Positions 1-8,591 of a stretch of DNA of 64,000 bases are shown here, piece after piece. The position numbers were made by a program, and so were the translations under genes. Numbering within the stretch: the stretch's first letter is position 1; every line of letters begins with the position of its first letter. The stretch comes from SAR86 cluster bacterium AG-313-N18 (GTDB taxonomy: Bacteria; Pseudomonadota; Gammaproteobacteria; Magnimaribacterales; D2472): contig QBVY01000005.1 in the NCBI GenBank assembly GCA_003283765.1, positions 6,826 to 70,825 of the forward strand. Reading direction: 5' to 3'. The notes beneath the pieces were generated by a model that was not told where the DNA came from, did no database searches, and saw only the letters and a list, made by a program, of their open reading frames with translations.

Positions 1-66
1 GATTTTTAAAGCGTATTAGTTAAAAATCGATATACTTAACACAAGTTTTAATAATTAGTAATTTAT

Positions 67-465
67 TTGCTAAGGAGCGTTCAAGAGCTTGCTATGAAAT
101 TGACAATAGAGGAAGCAGCACAACAAGGTGTAGAAGCACATAGACCAGGTAAGCTAAAAGATGCTGAGCGCCTTTATCGGGCTGTATTGCAATCGAAGCC
201 AGACTTCGCTGAAGTCCACAACAATATGGGGATCATGCTCCAAGCACTGGGAAGATTGGATAATGATGGAATTTTATTAGTAAAGCATTTATTGCCATTT
301 GAAGATAGAGAAAAAATCAGGCTTCAGTTTCAAGCGATGGTTATTAATTACCCTCCGGGAATACATATAAATAAGAGTAAAAATTCTTATTATAAAATGC
401 AAGATTTTGAGAAAAGAAGGGTCGAGCAGATTTTTGCTAAGGATTTTGAGATTTTAGGTTATTAA
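67..465 (+). pseudogene. Short chimeric ORF with one TPR-like N-terminal motif joined to an unrelated tail; possible internally deleted remnant of a TPR-sulfotransferase-type gene
   Basis: The N-terminus 'AERLYRAVLQSKPDFAEVHNNMGIMLQALGRLD' matches the TPR unit used throughout the next gene. The C-terminal ~65 aa ('...RRVEQIFAKDFEILGY') has no TPR character and tentatively resembles a sulfotransferase C-terminus. At 132 aa it is too short for either domain. The track start is TTG at 67; the first ATG is at 94. Confidence 0.35.
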
Positions 466-468
466 TTT

Positions 469-2565
469 GTGAAAACCTCTAGTCGTAAGCTCCCAGCCCA
501 ATCAAAACTGAAAAATCTTTTTGAGCTTTATCAAAGTAAGAAATATGTTGATGCAGAAAAGTTGGCAATTTCTCTTACCCATGAATTTCCTGAAAGCCAA
601 TTTGGTTGGAAAGTTCTTGGTGCAATACTGATGCAAACAAATAGATCTTCTGAGTCATTATTTCCAAATCAAAATGCTGCAAGGATCAATCCTGAAGATC
701 CTGGAGCTCATAATAACTTGGGAACCTCCCTAAAATATCTTGGAAGGTATGAAGAAGCTAAATCTTGTTTTAAGAAAGCCATTTCAATAAAAACTGATTT
801 TGCCGAGGCTCATAATAACCTAGGGGATATATTAAAAGAAATGAATAGATTTGAAGAGGCTGAGGAAGCTTATCGCAAAGCAATATCCTTTAAACCTAAC
901 AATGCTCAAGCTCACAACAATTTAGGCACTGTATTACAGAAGCTTAAGAAATTGGAGGAAGCTAAATTGAATTATTCTCAAGCAATAGCCTTGAGATTTG
1001 ATTTTGCTGAAGCTCATTTTAATTTGGGATTAGTTCTGCAGGATCTTGGTATTTTGCATGAGTCTGAGTCAAGCTATCAGGAAGCAGTAAAATATAAAGC
1101 TAATTTTATTGAAGCCTACATTAACTTGAGCTTTGTATTGAGTGAACAAGGCAAGTTGAATGAAGCCGTAGCTATTTGTAGGCATGTAATCGAGTTGAAG
1201 CCTCACAATGCCGAAGCACATAATAATTTAGGTGTTACTCTCAGAGAAATAGGTAAATTAGAGGAAGCTGAGGCTGAATGTAGTCATGCAATTAAATTGA
1301 AATCTGACTATGCTGAAGCACATAATAATCTTGCAATTATACTAAAGAAGCTAGGCAAAAATGAAGAGGCTGAAAGAATTTGCAGACATGCAATTAAATT
1401 GAAATCTGACTATGCTGAAGCACATAATAATCTTGGAAATATATTGAAATACATGGGTCGATTGAGGGAAGCAGAAAATAGTTATAAAAAAGCAATTTTA
1501 TTGAATTCTTTTTTTGAAGCAGCGCATAGCAATTTAGGAATTACACTAAAAGAATTAGGTAGACTAGAAGAAGCTGAAGCTACTTGCAGGTATGCAATTA
1601 AATTGAAATCTGACTATGCCGAAGCCCATAATAACTTGGGCGTTACTCTTAAAGAATTAGGTAGATTAGAAGAAGCTGAAGCAAGTTTCCTTAAGGCGAC
1701 CGATTTAAATCCTGAATACCTTGAAGCACATAATAATTTAGGCATTATTTTGCAAGAGGCAGGAAGACCTGAAAAGGCCCTAGACTGGCTGAGTCTTAAT
1801 AAAAATGAAATAGGCAGTGGATATTTGCTGAGAAGTTTTTTTAAGCTTGATCAAAAATCAAATTTTTACTCACATTTAGATAAAGTTTTAAATAACAATG
1901 AAAATCATGCATTGTTAGGTTCATTAATTTCTCAATCTAATATTCATTATGACATGGAAAGATTTAATCCTTTCTGTAATGAACCCTTGAAATATGTATA
2001 TAAAACAAACTTGTTAGGACAATGTGATTTTCAAAATATTTTTATTCAAGGTGTTGAAAATATTTTGATTGATCAGACTATTCAACATAGAAGTCAAAGT
2101 CTTTTAAAGAATGGAATTCAGACAGCGGGAAATATTTTTGCTCAATCTGGCTCCGCAAAAGGGAAAATTGAAGAAATAATTTATTCTGAGATAGCAAAGT
2201 ATAGAAAGTCATTTAAAGATAGCACTGAAGGTTTTTTAATAAAATGGCCGCATGATAATAACCTTAGCGGTTGGGTCATTAGCATGAAAAGCGGCGGTGA
2301 GTTGAAACCACACATGCATGAGCAAGGATGGATAAGTGGAAGTATATATATCAATGTGCCTCCCAAATTAAATAAAGATAGTGGTAATTTAGTATTAGGA
2401 CTGAATGATTCCGGTAAAGAACCTTATGATTCTCAAAATCAAAAAATTATTGATGTGGTTACGGGAACTCTTTGCATGTTTCCATCATCTCTTCATCACT
2501 TTACAATTCCATTCAAATCAACAGAAAATAGATTAGTGCTGGCTTTTGACCTGATTCCAAGATAG
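469..2565 (+). CDS. Multi-TPR protein with a C-terminal putative 2OG-Fe(II) oxygenase-like domain (uncharacterised family)
   Basis: About a dozen 34-aa repeats carry the signature 'AEAHNNLG..L...GR.EEAE..', from about residue 40 to 440. The C-terminal ~250 aa carries 'KPHMHEQGWISGSIYINVP' and 'LCMFPSSLHHFTIPF...RLVLAFDL', candidate His ligands on a jelly-roll fold. This resembles, from memory, the putative 2OG-Fe(II) oxygenase family common in SAR11 and cyanophage. GTG start lies 4 nt after the previous stop. Confidence 0.7.
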   Translation: MKTSSRKLPAQSKLKNLFELYQSKKYVDAEKLAISLTHEFPESQFGWKVLGAILMQTNRSSESLFPNQNAARINPEDPGAHNNLGTSLKYLGRYEEAKSCFKKAISIKTDFAEAHNNLGDILKEMNRFEEAEEAYRKAISFKPNNAQAHNNLGTVLQKLKKLEEAKLNYSQAIALRFDFAEAHFNLGLVLQDLGILHESESSYQEAVKYKANFIEAYINLSFVLSEQGKLNEAVAICRHVIELKPHNAEAHNNLGVTLREIGKLEEAEAECSHAIKLKSDYAEAHNNLAIILKKLGKNEEAERICRHAIKLKSDYAEAHNNLGNILKYMGRLREAENSYKKAILLNSFFEAAHSNLGITLKELGRLEEAEATCRYAIKLKSDYAEAHNNLGVTLKELGRLEEAEASFLKATDLNPEYLEAHNNLGIILQEAGRPEKALDWLSLNKNEIGSGYLLRSFFKLDQKSNFYSHLDKVLNNNENHALLGSLISQSNIHYDMERFNPFCNEPLKYVYKTNLLGQCDFQNIFIQGVENILIDQTIQHRSQSLLKNGIQTAGNIFAQSGSAKGKIEEIIYSEIAKYRKSFKDSTEGFLIKWPHDNNLSGWVISMKSGGELKPHMHEQGWISGSIYINVPPKLNKDSGNLVLGLNDSGKEPYDSQNQKIIDVVTGTLCMFPSSLHHFTIPFKSTENRLVLAFDLIPR
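1285..1682 (+). repeat. Near-identical intragenic DNA repeats with 102-nt (one TPR unit) periodicity
   Basis: A 49-nt string 'catgcaattaaattgaaatctgactatgctgaagcacataataatcttg' occurs perfectly at 1285-1333 and 1387-1435. Its 28-nt core recurs at 1592-1619, an offset of 204. A second pair at 1546-1580 / 1648-1682 matches 33/35 at offset 102. Confidence 0.9.
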
Positions 2566-2613
2566 TTATTTATTTGATATCATTTTGATATTATTTAGTT
2601 TACGAATTTACCT

Positions 2614-3264
2614 ATGAATCAAGAAAGCAGATATAACGTAATTGGGAATGACTGGTTTGTTCGAAATATAAAAAATCTAGAAACAGATTATAAATCCTTC
2701 CCACTTACATATTTAGTTAACTGGTTGAAAGAGCAAAATTTTTTACCAAATGAGAAGATCTTAGAACTTGGCTGCGGTCCAGGATTTAGTTTAGATTTTT
2801 TATCGACATCTTTAGAAGCAGATTCCTTTGGGTTAGATCCCAGTGAAATGTCAGTTTCCTATGCAAATTGTCATTTCCCAAATCTAAAGATATCACAAGG
2901 AACTGCAGATGATCTAAGTCAATTTGAAGATAATTCATTTGCATTGATCCATCTAGGATTTTTTATGTATTTTCTTGATGATAACTCTGTTAAAAATGTT
3001 GTTTCAGAGTGTGGAAGGGTTTTGATGGATGGAGGTTTTTTATCTATATTAGATTTTGATGTACTATCAGAAGAAATTAAAATCGATAAACATGACAAAA
3101 ACGTGAAAATCTACAAAAGAGATCAAGCAAGTGCTTTTAGAAAAAATTTTATACAATTGAACAAGAGGTCATTCACATCCCTTGTAAACACAAAATTAGA
3201 TGTTAATGAACAAATAATTTCTCTTCAATTGATGTTAAATACTAATGAGGTTATGAGTAAATGA
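2614..3264 (+). CDS. Class I SAM-dependent methyltransferase (possibly of the pseudaminic-acid-associated methylase type)
   Basis: Motif I 'ILELGCGPG', post-I 'GLDPS' and motif II 'FALIHLGFF'. About 216 aa, located in a nonulosonate context. Confidence 0.7.
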   Translation: MNQESRYNVIGNDWFVRNIKNLETDYKSFPLTYLVNWLKEQNFLPNEKILELGCGPGFSLDFLSTSLEADSFGLDPSEMSVSYANCHFPNLKISQGTADDLSQFEDNSFALIHLGFFMYFLDDNSVKNVVSECGRVLMDGGFLSILDFDVLSEEIKIDKHDKNVKIYKRDQASAFRKNFIQLNKRSFTSLVNTKLDVNEQIISLQLMLNTNEVMSK

Positions 3265-4787
3265 AGCCATTTTTAGATGTTGAAAAAAATAGAAGAAACT
3301 ATCACAAAAATCAACTTAAAAATACTGTTCATAGAAGTTCTCTTTTAGTTCCCAAGTTCCCAAATACTGATTCAAATATTACATTTCTGAATCATTTTTT
3401 ACTCAAGCGCAAGAATAAAAATGTCATGATCAAAGTCACTGCTGTATCAAAAAATGGTGCTTTGCATGATTCAACCTCTATTCAAGTTGACCAACCAAAA
3501 GTTTATTCTTTTATACTTGAGGACCTGTTTGATGACTGCGGTGATATAGGACAGTTTCATATAGAATTTTTTTCTAGTCAAAATCTGTTTATTCCATTTC
3601 CTGCAGTAATGGTAAATCATATTGGTCGTGATTTTATAAATAGCGTTCACTCATATAATCGAATTTTAAATGATGTATTTGAAGATGATCAGATTAACTC
3701 TAGGCACGAACTTGAAGCATCTATAGATATGTCTATAGATAAAAATTATGATACATTTTTTAATTTTATGACAGGCCCATTTGATGTGGACGATGCTTTA
3801 GATATTTCCATAAAGCATAAAAAGAAAAATCTTGTTGGCAATAAAAAAATAAAGTTAAAAAGATTAACCAATAAAAATTTTTATTTATCTAAAGATCTTA
3901 TTTTAAAAAATCAAAAATCTATGTTTTCGATATTTGAAAACCTAGATGAAGAGATCAACCCAGTATTGAGAATCTCCCAGCCAAAACAAAAATTATTTTA
4001 TGGAAGAATGCTTACAGGAGTAATGAATAAAAAAACAAAAGCTTTTTCTGCAAATCATTCTTACTACGATAGCTCAAAATTTAGGGAGTATTTTGATAAT
4101 TCTGAGAGTTATAGAACATATCCATTTTTTCCAGATTGTAAAAACAGAATTAAAATGTATCCAATTATGAGCCCTTCTAACATCAGGGTATTTATCGAGG
4201 TATATGATGGGAATAAGAAATATACCAGTGAGTCTAAATATATTTCCTCTCCATCCAATGAATCTATTTACTTTGATATTAATAAAATAGTTTCTGATGC
4301 TAATTTTGAAAATACATCTTTATATAAAATTTATGCAAAGTGTGAAGATGGAAAAATACCAACCAGAGTGACACATCAACTAATTTATGGAGCTGAAGAC
4401 ACAAATTCAAAACTGGATTGTTCAATTGCAATAAATTTAGCTAACAAACAAATCTTTAAACCCAAATCAAAAAAAGGCTTATGCTGGGGTCAAGTTTTAT
4501 GTGATGAGAAGTATAGATCATTTTTAGGTTTGTCCTTTAATGATAATCATAGCAAGCCTGAGAAAGTTAAAATAGATTTTTATAGTCAATTAGGTAAATT
4601 AAAGTCAATTTCTAGGACCATTATTCCAAAGGAGTCTCTTATACTCGACGATTCTTTTTTTCAAAAAATTGGTGCTAAAAGCGAATTTATTTGGTTTATT
4701 GCAAATTCTGAAAGGTCTGATCTATCAGCAAAGTGCTTTCATTATCATATCAAAAGCCAAAATGCATCTGGTGAACACTCATTTTAA
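3261..4787 (+). CDS. Hypothetical protein, 508 aa, no recognisable domain
   Basis: Long uninterrupted ORF co-directional with its neighbours. The start overlaps the methyltransferase stop (ATGA at 3261-3264). I could not see a signal peptide, TM segment or known catalytic motif. Confidence 0.6.
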   Translation: MKPFLDVEKNRRNYHKNQLKNTVHRSSLLVPKFPNTDSNITFLNHFLLKRKNKNVMIKVTAVSKNGALHDSTSIQVDQPKVYSFILEDLFDDCGDIGQFHIEFFSSQNLFIPFPAVMVNHIGRDFINSVHSYNRILNDVFEDDQINSRHELEASIDMSIDKNYDTFFNFMTGPFDVDDALDISIKHKKKNLVGNKKIKLKRLTNKNFYLSKDLILKNQKSMFSIFENLDEEINPVLRISQPKQKLFYGRMLTGVMNKKTKAFSANHSYYDSSKFREYFDNSESYRTYPFFPDCKNRIKMYPIMSPSNIRVFIEVYDGNKKYTSESKYISSPSNESIYFDINKIVSDANFENTSLYKIYAKCEDGKIPTRVTHQLIYGAEDTNSKLDCSIAINLANKQIFKPKSKKGLCWGQVLCDEKYRSFLGLSFNDNHSKPEKVKIDFYSQLGKLKSISRTIIPKESLILDDSFFQKIGAKSEFIWFIANSERSDLSAKCFHYHIKSQNASGEHSF

Positions 4788-4857
4788 TTAAATATATTTA
4801 CAAGTCATACTAAAATTTTTTTAATGAAGTAATATACATACTTACCTTAAAAAATTC

Positions 4858-5907
4858 ATGAAAGCTTCCATCAAAAAAATCCTCCAAACTATTCTCCCAA
4901 ATTTTTTATTTAATTTTTTTAAAAAATACTACGGAAAAATTTTAAGTCTTTTAAAAATTTCAAGATATACCATTCAATTCTCTTTTAAGAAGAGAATAGA
5001 TTCACGCAATATAATTTCAATCAATCAGCCCTTAATCCTAATATCCCAAATGCAAAGAAGTGGCGGGACACTTTTATCGCAACTGCTTGATGGTGTAGAA
5101 AGTGTATATGCATATCCAAGTGAATTAGTTGTTGCTTCTCCGAAGTGGGATTGGTCAAGAAAAAAAAATTATATTTGTTACAAACAATCCTACATAAGAA
5201 ATTATGCTGAAAGAAAAATTTATATCAAAGAATCAGTTGCTAAAAATGAACTGAGCAATAAATTTTTATTTGATCTTATAAAGCAACGTCAAATTTTTGA
5301 AAGCATACAGAAGTCATCTGAAAGAGATCACTTTGATGCGTATTTTTCATCTTTTTTTAATAGTTTTTTAAATTTTAAAAATTTTGGCGGCAAAAAAAGA
5401 TATGTTTCTGCATTCACTCCAAGAATTATTATGCATGATAAAAGTGTTCAAAATTTTTATGACATATATCCAGATGGAGCAATTATTTCAATTATTCGTG
5501 AGCCTATTTCTTGGCTTGCGAGCGCATCAGTGCACTCTGAGGAATACAAAAATCTAAATAACGCTCTTGGATTTTGGCTTCATTCTGCGGAAAAATCATT
5601 GATGAATGCAAGATCCAATTCAAGAACTCATTTGGTGATTTTTGAAGAGTTGCTAAGAGATACTCGAACTGTAATGACCCACATTTGTAAAAAACTTGAA
5701 ATTGATTTTCATGAAAATTTCTTAATACCTACATTTAATTCAGAGCATATTCTTTCTGACTCATCCTTCAAAGCAGAAAGTGGGATAGACTTGAATGCCT
5801 TAGACAGAAAAAATAATGTTGATCTATCGACTATTGATAAAAAATTGCTACGAGATTGTGAAGTTATTTATAATTGTGCCCTGGAAAGCTTTAAAGATGG
5901 ATTGTAA
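4858..5907 (+). CDS. Sulfotransferase family protein (PAPS-dependent type)
   Basis: 5'-PSB-like loop 'ISQMQRSGGTLLSQLLDG' (compare P/xRSGTTLL) and a 3'-PB-like 'IIREPISWLAS'. About 350 aa. Confidence 0.65.
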   Translation: MKASIKKILQTILPNFLFNFFKKYYGKILSLLKISRYTIQFSFKKRIDSRNIISINQPLILISQMQRSGGTLLSQLLDGVESVYAYPSELVVASPKWDWSRKKNYICYKQSYIRNYAERKIYIKESVAKNELSNKFLFDLIKQRQIFESIQKSSERDHFDAYFSSFFNSFLNFKNFGGKKRYVSAFTPRIIMHDKSVQNFYDIYPDGAIISIIREPISWLASASVHSEEYKNLNNALGFWLHSAEKSLMNARSNSRTHLVIFEELLRDTRTVMTHICKKLEIDFHENFLIPTFNSEHILSDSSFKAESGIDLNALDRKNNVDLSTIDKKLLRDCEVIYNCALESFKDGL

Positions 5908-5950
5908 CTAATACCATTTTATCTCTTATATTTTTATCACCCATTTTTAA

Positions 5951-6760
5951 ATGAAAGTAATTATCTTAACCGGAAGTGAAATACGGCATAGATTCTTCAG
6001 ATCAAAAGTCTCACTAGATTCAAGATTCGATGTTATTGCAACATTTTGCGAGGGTGAAGAAAAAAGTCTTGAAAATAGACTAAAGTCAAATTCTGGTGCA
6101 AGTCAGATTGAATTGATGCATGTTGATGCTCGAACTCAAGCAGAAAGAGATTTTTTTGGAGTTTCAATCAACGTGCTGCCAGATAAATCGAATTCAAAGT
6201 TCATTCCCAAAGGAGCAATTAATGACAAAAAAATAGTAGATTCAATTAAATCTTTAAATGCAGATTTAATTATTTGCTATGGATCTTCTATTATCAAATC
6301 TGAATTGCTCGATATATATTCTGGAAAGTTTTTAAATGTTCATCTTGGGCTCTCTCCATATTATAGAGGCACGGCTACTAATATTTGGCCATTCATAAAT
6401 CTTGAACCAGAATTTGTTGGAGCAACGTTCATGCATATTAATGCTGGAATTGATACCGGAGAAATTATTCACCAAATTCGACCAGATATATATTTGGGAG
6501 ACAGCCCCCATTCAATTGGAAATAGATTGATAGCTAAAATGACAGATGTTTATGCCGATATAATCTCAAATTTTTCTTTTTTGCATAAGGAGGTTCAGCC
6601 AGAGGCAGAGGGGAAGCTTTACTTCAATAAAGATTTTGATGTCAATGCGTGCATAAAATTATATAAAAATTTTTCAAACGGAATGATTCAAACTTATTTA
6701 GAAACTCACAACCAAAAATCTTTTCCATATATTGTTAAAAATAGGGCGCTGAAATCATGA
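5951..6760 (+). CDS. Formyltransferase (Fmt/PurN/ArnA N-domain family)
   Basis: Catalytic signature 'LNVHLGLSPYYRGTATNIWPF' (N-x-H...S-P-x-Y-RG) followed by 'INAGIDTGEIIHQ' (catalytic Asp region). Confidence 0.75.
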   Translation: MKVIILTGSEIRHRFFRSKVSLDSRFDVIATFCEGEEKSLENRLKSNSGASQIELMHVDARTQAERDFFGVSINVLPDKSNSKFIPKGAINDKKIVDSIKSLNADLIICYGSSIIKSELLDIYSGKFLNVHLGLSPYYRGTATNIWPFINLEPEFVGATFMHINAGIDTGEIIHQIRPDIYLGDSPHSIGNRLIAKMTDVYADIISNFSFLHKEVQPEAEGKLYFNKDFDVNACIKLYKNFSNGMIQTYLETHNQKSFPYIVKNRALKS

Positions 6761-7683
6761 AAGCAATAATGTATCACTATGTAAGGGAATATCAATCTTC
6801 ACATCCTAATTTTCGTTTTCTTGATTTTAAGAATTTTAAAAAACAACTTGATTTATTTGAATCAAATTTTGGATTTGTGCGATATGACGAATGGAAAAAT
6901 TTCATTAACAATGGTGAAATGCCCTTACAAAAGGGAAAAGTCTTATTGACATTTGATGATGCAATGCATTGTCATTATGAATATGTGTATCCTGAACTTT
7001 TAAAAAGAGGTTTATGGGGAATGTTTTTCGTCCCAACTCAGCCATATGTTCAAGGCAAACTACTGGATGTTCATAAGATTCATCTCTTATGTGGGGCATT
7101 TAATGGCCAAGATCTTTTAAATTCAATTTCTGAATTGATTTCAGAGGATATGATCCAGGATCAAAAAGTTAAGGAATTTCGCCAGAATACATATGTTTCT
7201 CAAGATAATTATTCTGGAGTAGTAGAATTTAAAAGGTTATTAAATTACTTTATCGATTATTCTTATAGGGAATCATTGATCGATATGATTGCCAAGAAGT
7301 TTAATTATGAATTCAGCCACTCTAATTTTTATATACATGAGGATGATCTCATGGAAATGAGTACTAACCAGATGATCATTGGTTCTCATACAGTGACTCA
7401 TCCTGTAATGAGTAAAATCTCGAAAAAAGAACAAAGTATCCAGATCATCGATTCATTTAAATGTTTATCTGAATTAGGTGTATTAAAAACTAAAGTTTAC
7501 TGCCATCCTTTCGGCGGTTTCCATTCATTTAATAAAGCAACATTGAATATTCTAAAACAACAAAATGTTGAATTTGCTTTTAATGTAGAGTCAAGAGAAA
7601 TTTCTCCTGATGATATCTCGTCATCCAGATATTATCTACCAAGGTTTGATTGTAATGAATTTGAATTTGGCGAAGCATCATAA
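6757..7683 (+). CDS. Polysaccharide deacetylase / NodB-homology family (deacetylase or deformylase)
   Basis: 'MKAIMYHYVRE' N-terminus, 'LLTFDDAMHCHYEYVYPELLKRGLWGMFFV' (TFDD motif) and a later 'GSHTVTHP' His motif. Overlaps the formyltransferase stop by 4 nt. Confidence 0.7.
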   Translation: MKAIMYHYVREYQSSHPNFRFLDFKNFKKQLDLFESNFGFVRYDEWKNFINNGEMPLQKGKVLLTFDDAMHCHYEYVYPELLKRGLWGMFFVPTQPYVQGKLLDVHKIHLLCGAFNGQDLLNSISELISEDMIQDQKVKEFRQNTYVSQDNYSGVVEFKRLLNYFIDYSYRESLIDMIAKKFNYEFSHSNFYIHEDDLMEMSTNQMIIGSHTVTHPVMSKISKKEQSIQIIDSFKCLSELGVLKTKVYCHPFGGFHSFNKATLNILKQQNVEFAFNVESREISPDDISSSRYYLPRFDCNEFEFGEAS

Positions 7684-7829
7684 TCCAAATTTACAAAAAA
7701 TAGATTTATTAATGATTATTCCTGCAATCATAGGCACTTCTGATACTAAATAGAGTTTATAATACAACTTAAATTTATTATGAATATTAAATTTTTAACT
7801 TAATATATTTTCTCTGCTTGTGAATAAAT

Positions 7830-8591
7830 ATGCATAAATTCAGATTAATAGGTAGGATCGATATTAACAATGAAAATGTTGTTAAAGGAAAATGTCTTGA
7901 GGGATTAAGAAAAATTGGCAATCCTGAAAATTTTTCATATCAATATTATATTGATGGTATCGATGAGCTAATTTTTATTGACGCCGTTGCTTCTTTGTAT
8001 GATAGGAATTCCTTGGTAAAAATTCTTCGTGAAACTTGCAAAAAAGTTTTTATACCAATCACAATTGGAGGTGGGATCAGGAATTTGAATGATATTCAGG
8101 AAGCCCTTAATGCTGGCGCGGACAAGGTTGCTATTAATAGTCAGGGACTTCGAGATATGAACTTTATAAAAGAAGCAGTGCATAACTATGGTTCCCAAGC
8201 AATTGTTGGATCTGTGGTTGCTAGACGTCATCGATATTCTTGGGAAGCTTTTATGGATAATGCAAAACATAGATCAGGCGTAAATGCTATTAAATGGGCT
8301 GAGATGCTTGCAGGAGCCGGGGTTGGCGAAATTATGGTTACCTCAATTGATCATGACGGTCTAATGAAGGGGTTTGATGAGGAGCTTGTTTGCAAGATTG
8401 CTGAAATAGTTAATATACCAGTTATTGCCTCTGGCGGTGCTGGAAAGTGCGATCATATTTCTTCTCTTGTAAAAAAATCTCATTGCGATGCAGCGGCAAT
8501 CTCTTCATTGCTTCACTATAATTTTTTAAATGTAGAAGAAATTAAAAATAATCTCTCTAATTCCGGTATAGAGGTTAGAAAATGCAAATAG
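7830..8591 (+). CDS. HisF-like cyclase subunit paralogue (WbuZ-type) of an acetamidino-sugar module
   Basis: (beta/alpha)8 HisF signatures 'IPITIGGGIR', 'GADKVAINS' and 'VIASGGAG'. It sits beside a HisH-like gene and a PP-loop sugar amidotransferase rather than his genes. Confidence 0.85.
   Translation: MHKFRLIGRIDINNENVVKGKCLEGLRKIGNPENFSYQYYIDGIDELIFIDAVASLYDRNSLVKILRETCKKVFIPITIGGGIRNLNDIQEALNAGADKVAINSQGLRDMNFIKEAVHNYGSQAIVGSVVARRHRYSWEAFMDNAKHRSGVNAIKWAEMLAGAGVGEIMVTSIDHDGLMKGFDEELVCKIAEIVNIPVIASGGAGKCDHISSLVKKSHCDAAAISSLLHYNFLNVEEIKNNLSNSGIEVRKCK

Noticed and set aside
7684-7829. The 146-nt spacer before the HisF-like gene, with a 13-codon ORF ('MIIPAIIGTSDTK') that might be another gene relic or a leader peptide.
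   Set aside because: It is too short and non-specific to assign. I could support no hairpin or attenuator structure and no motif. It is probably just an internal promoter region of the island.
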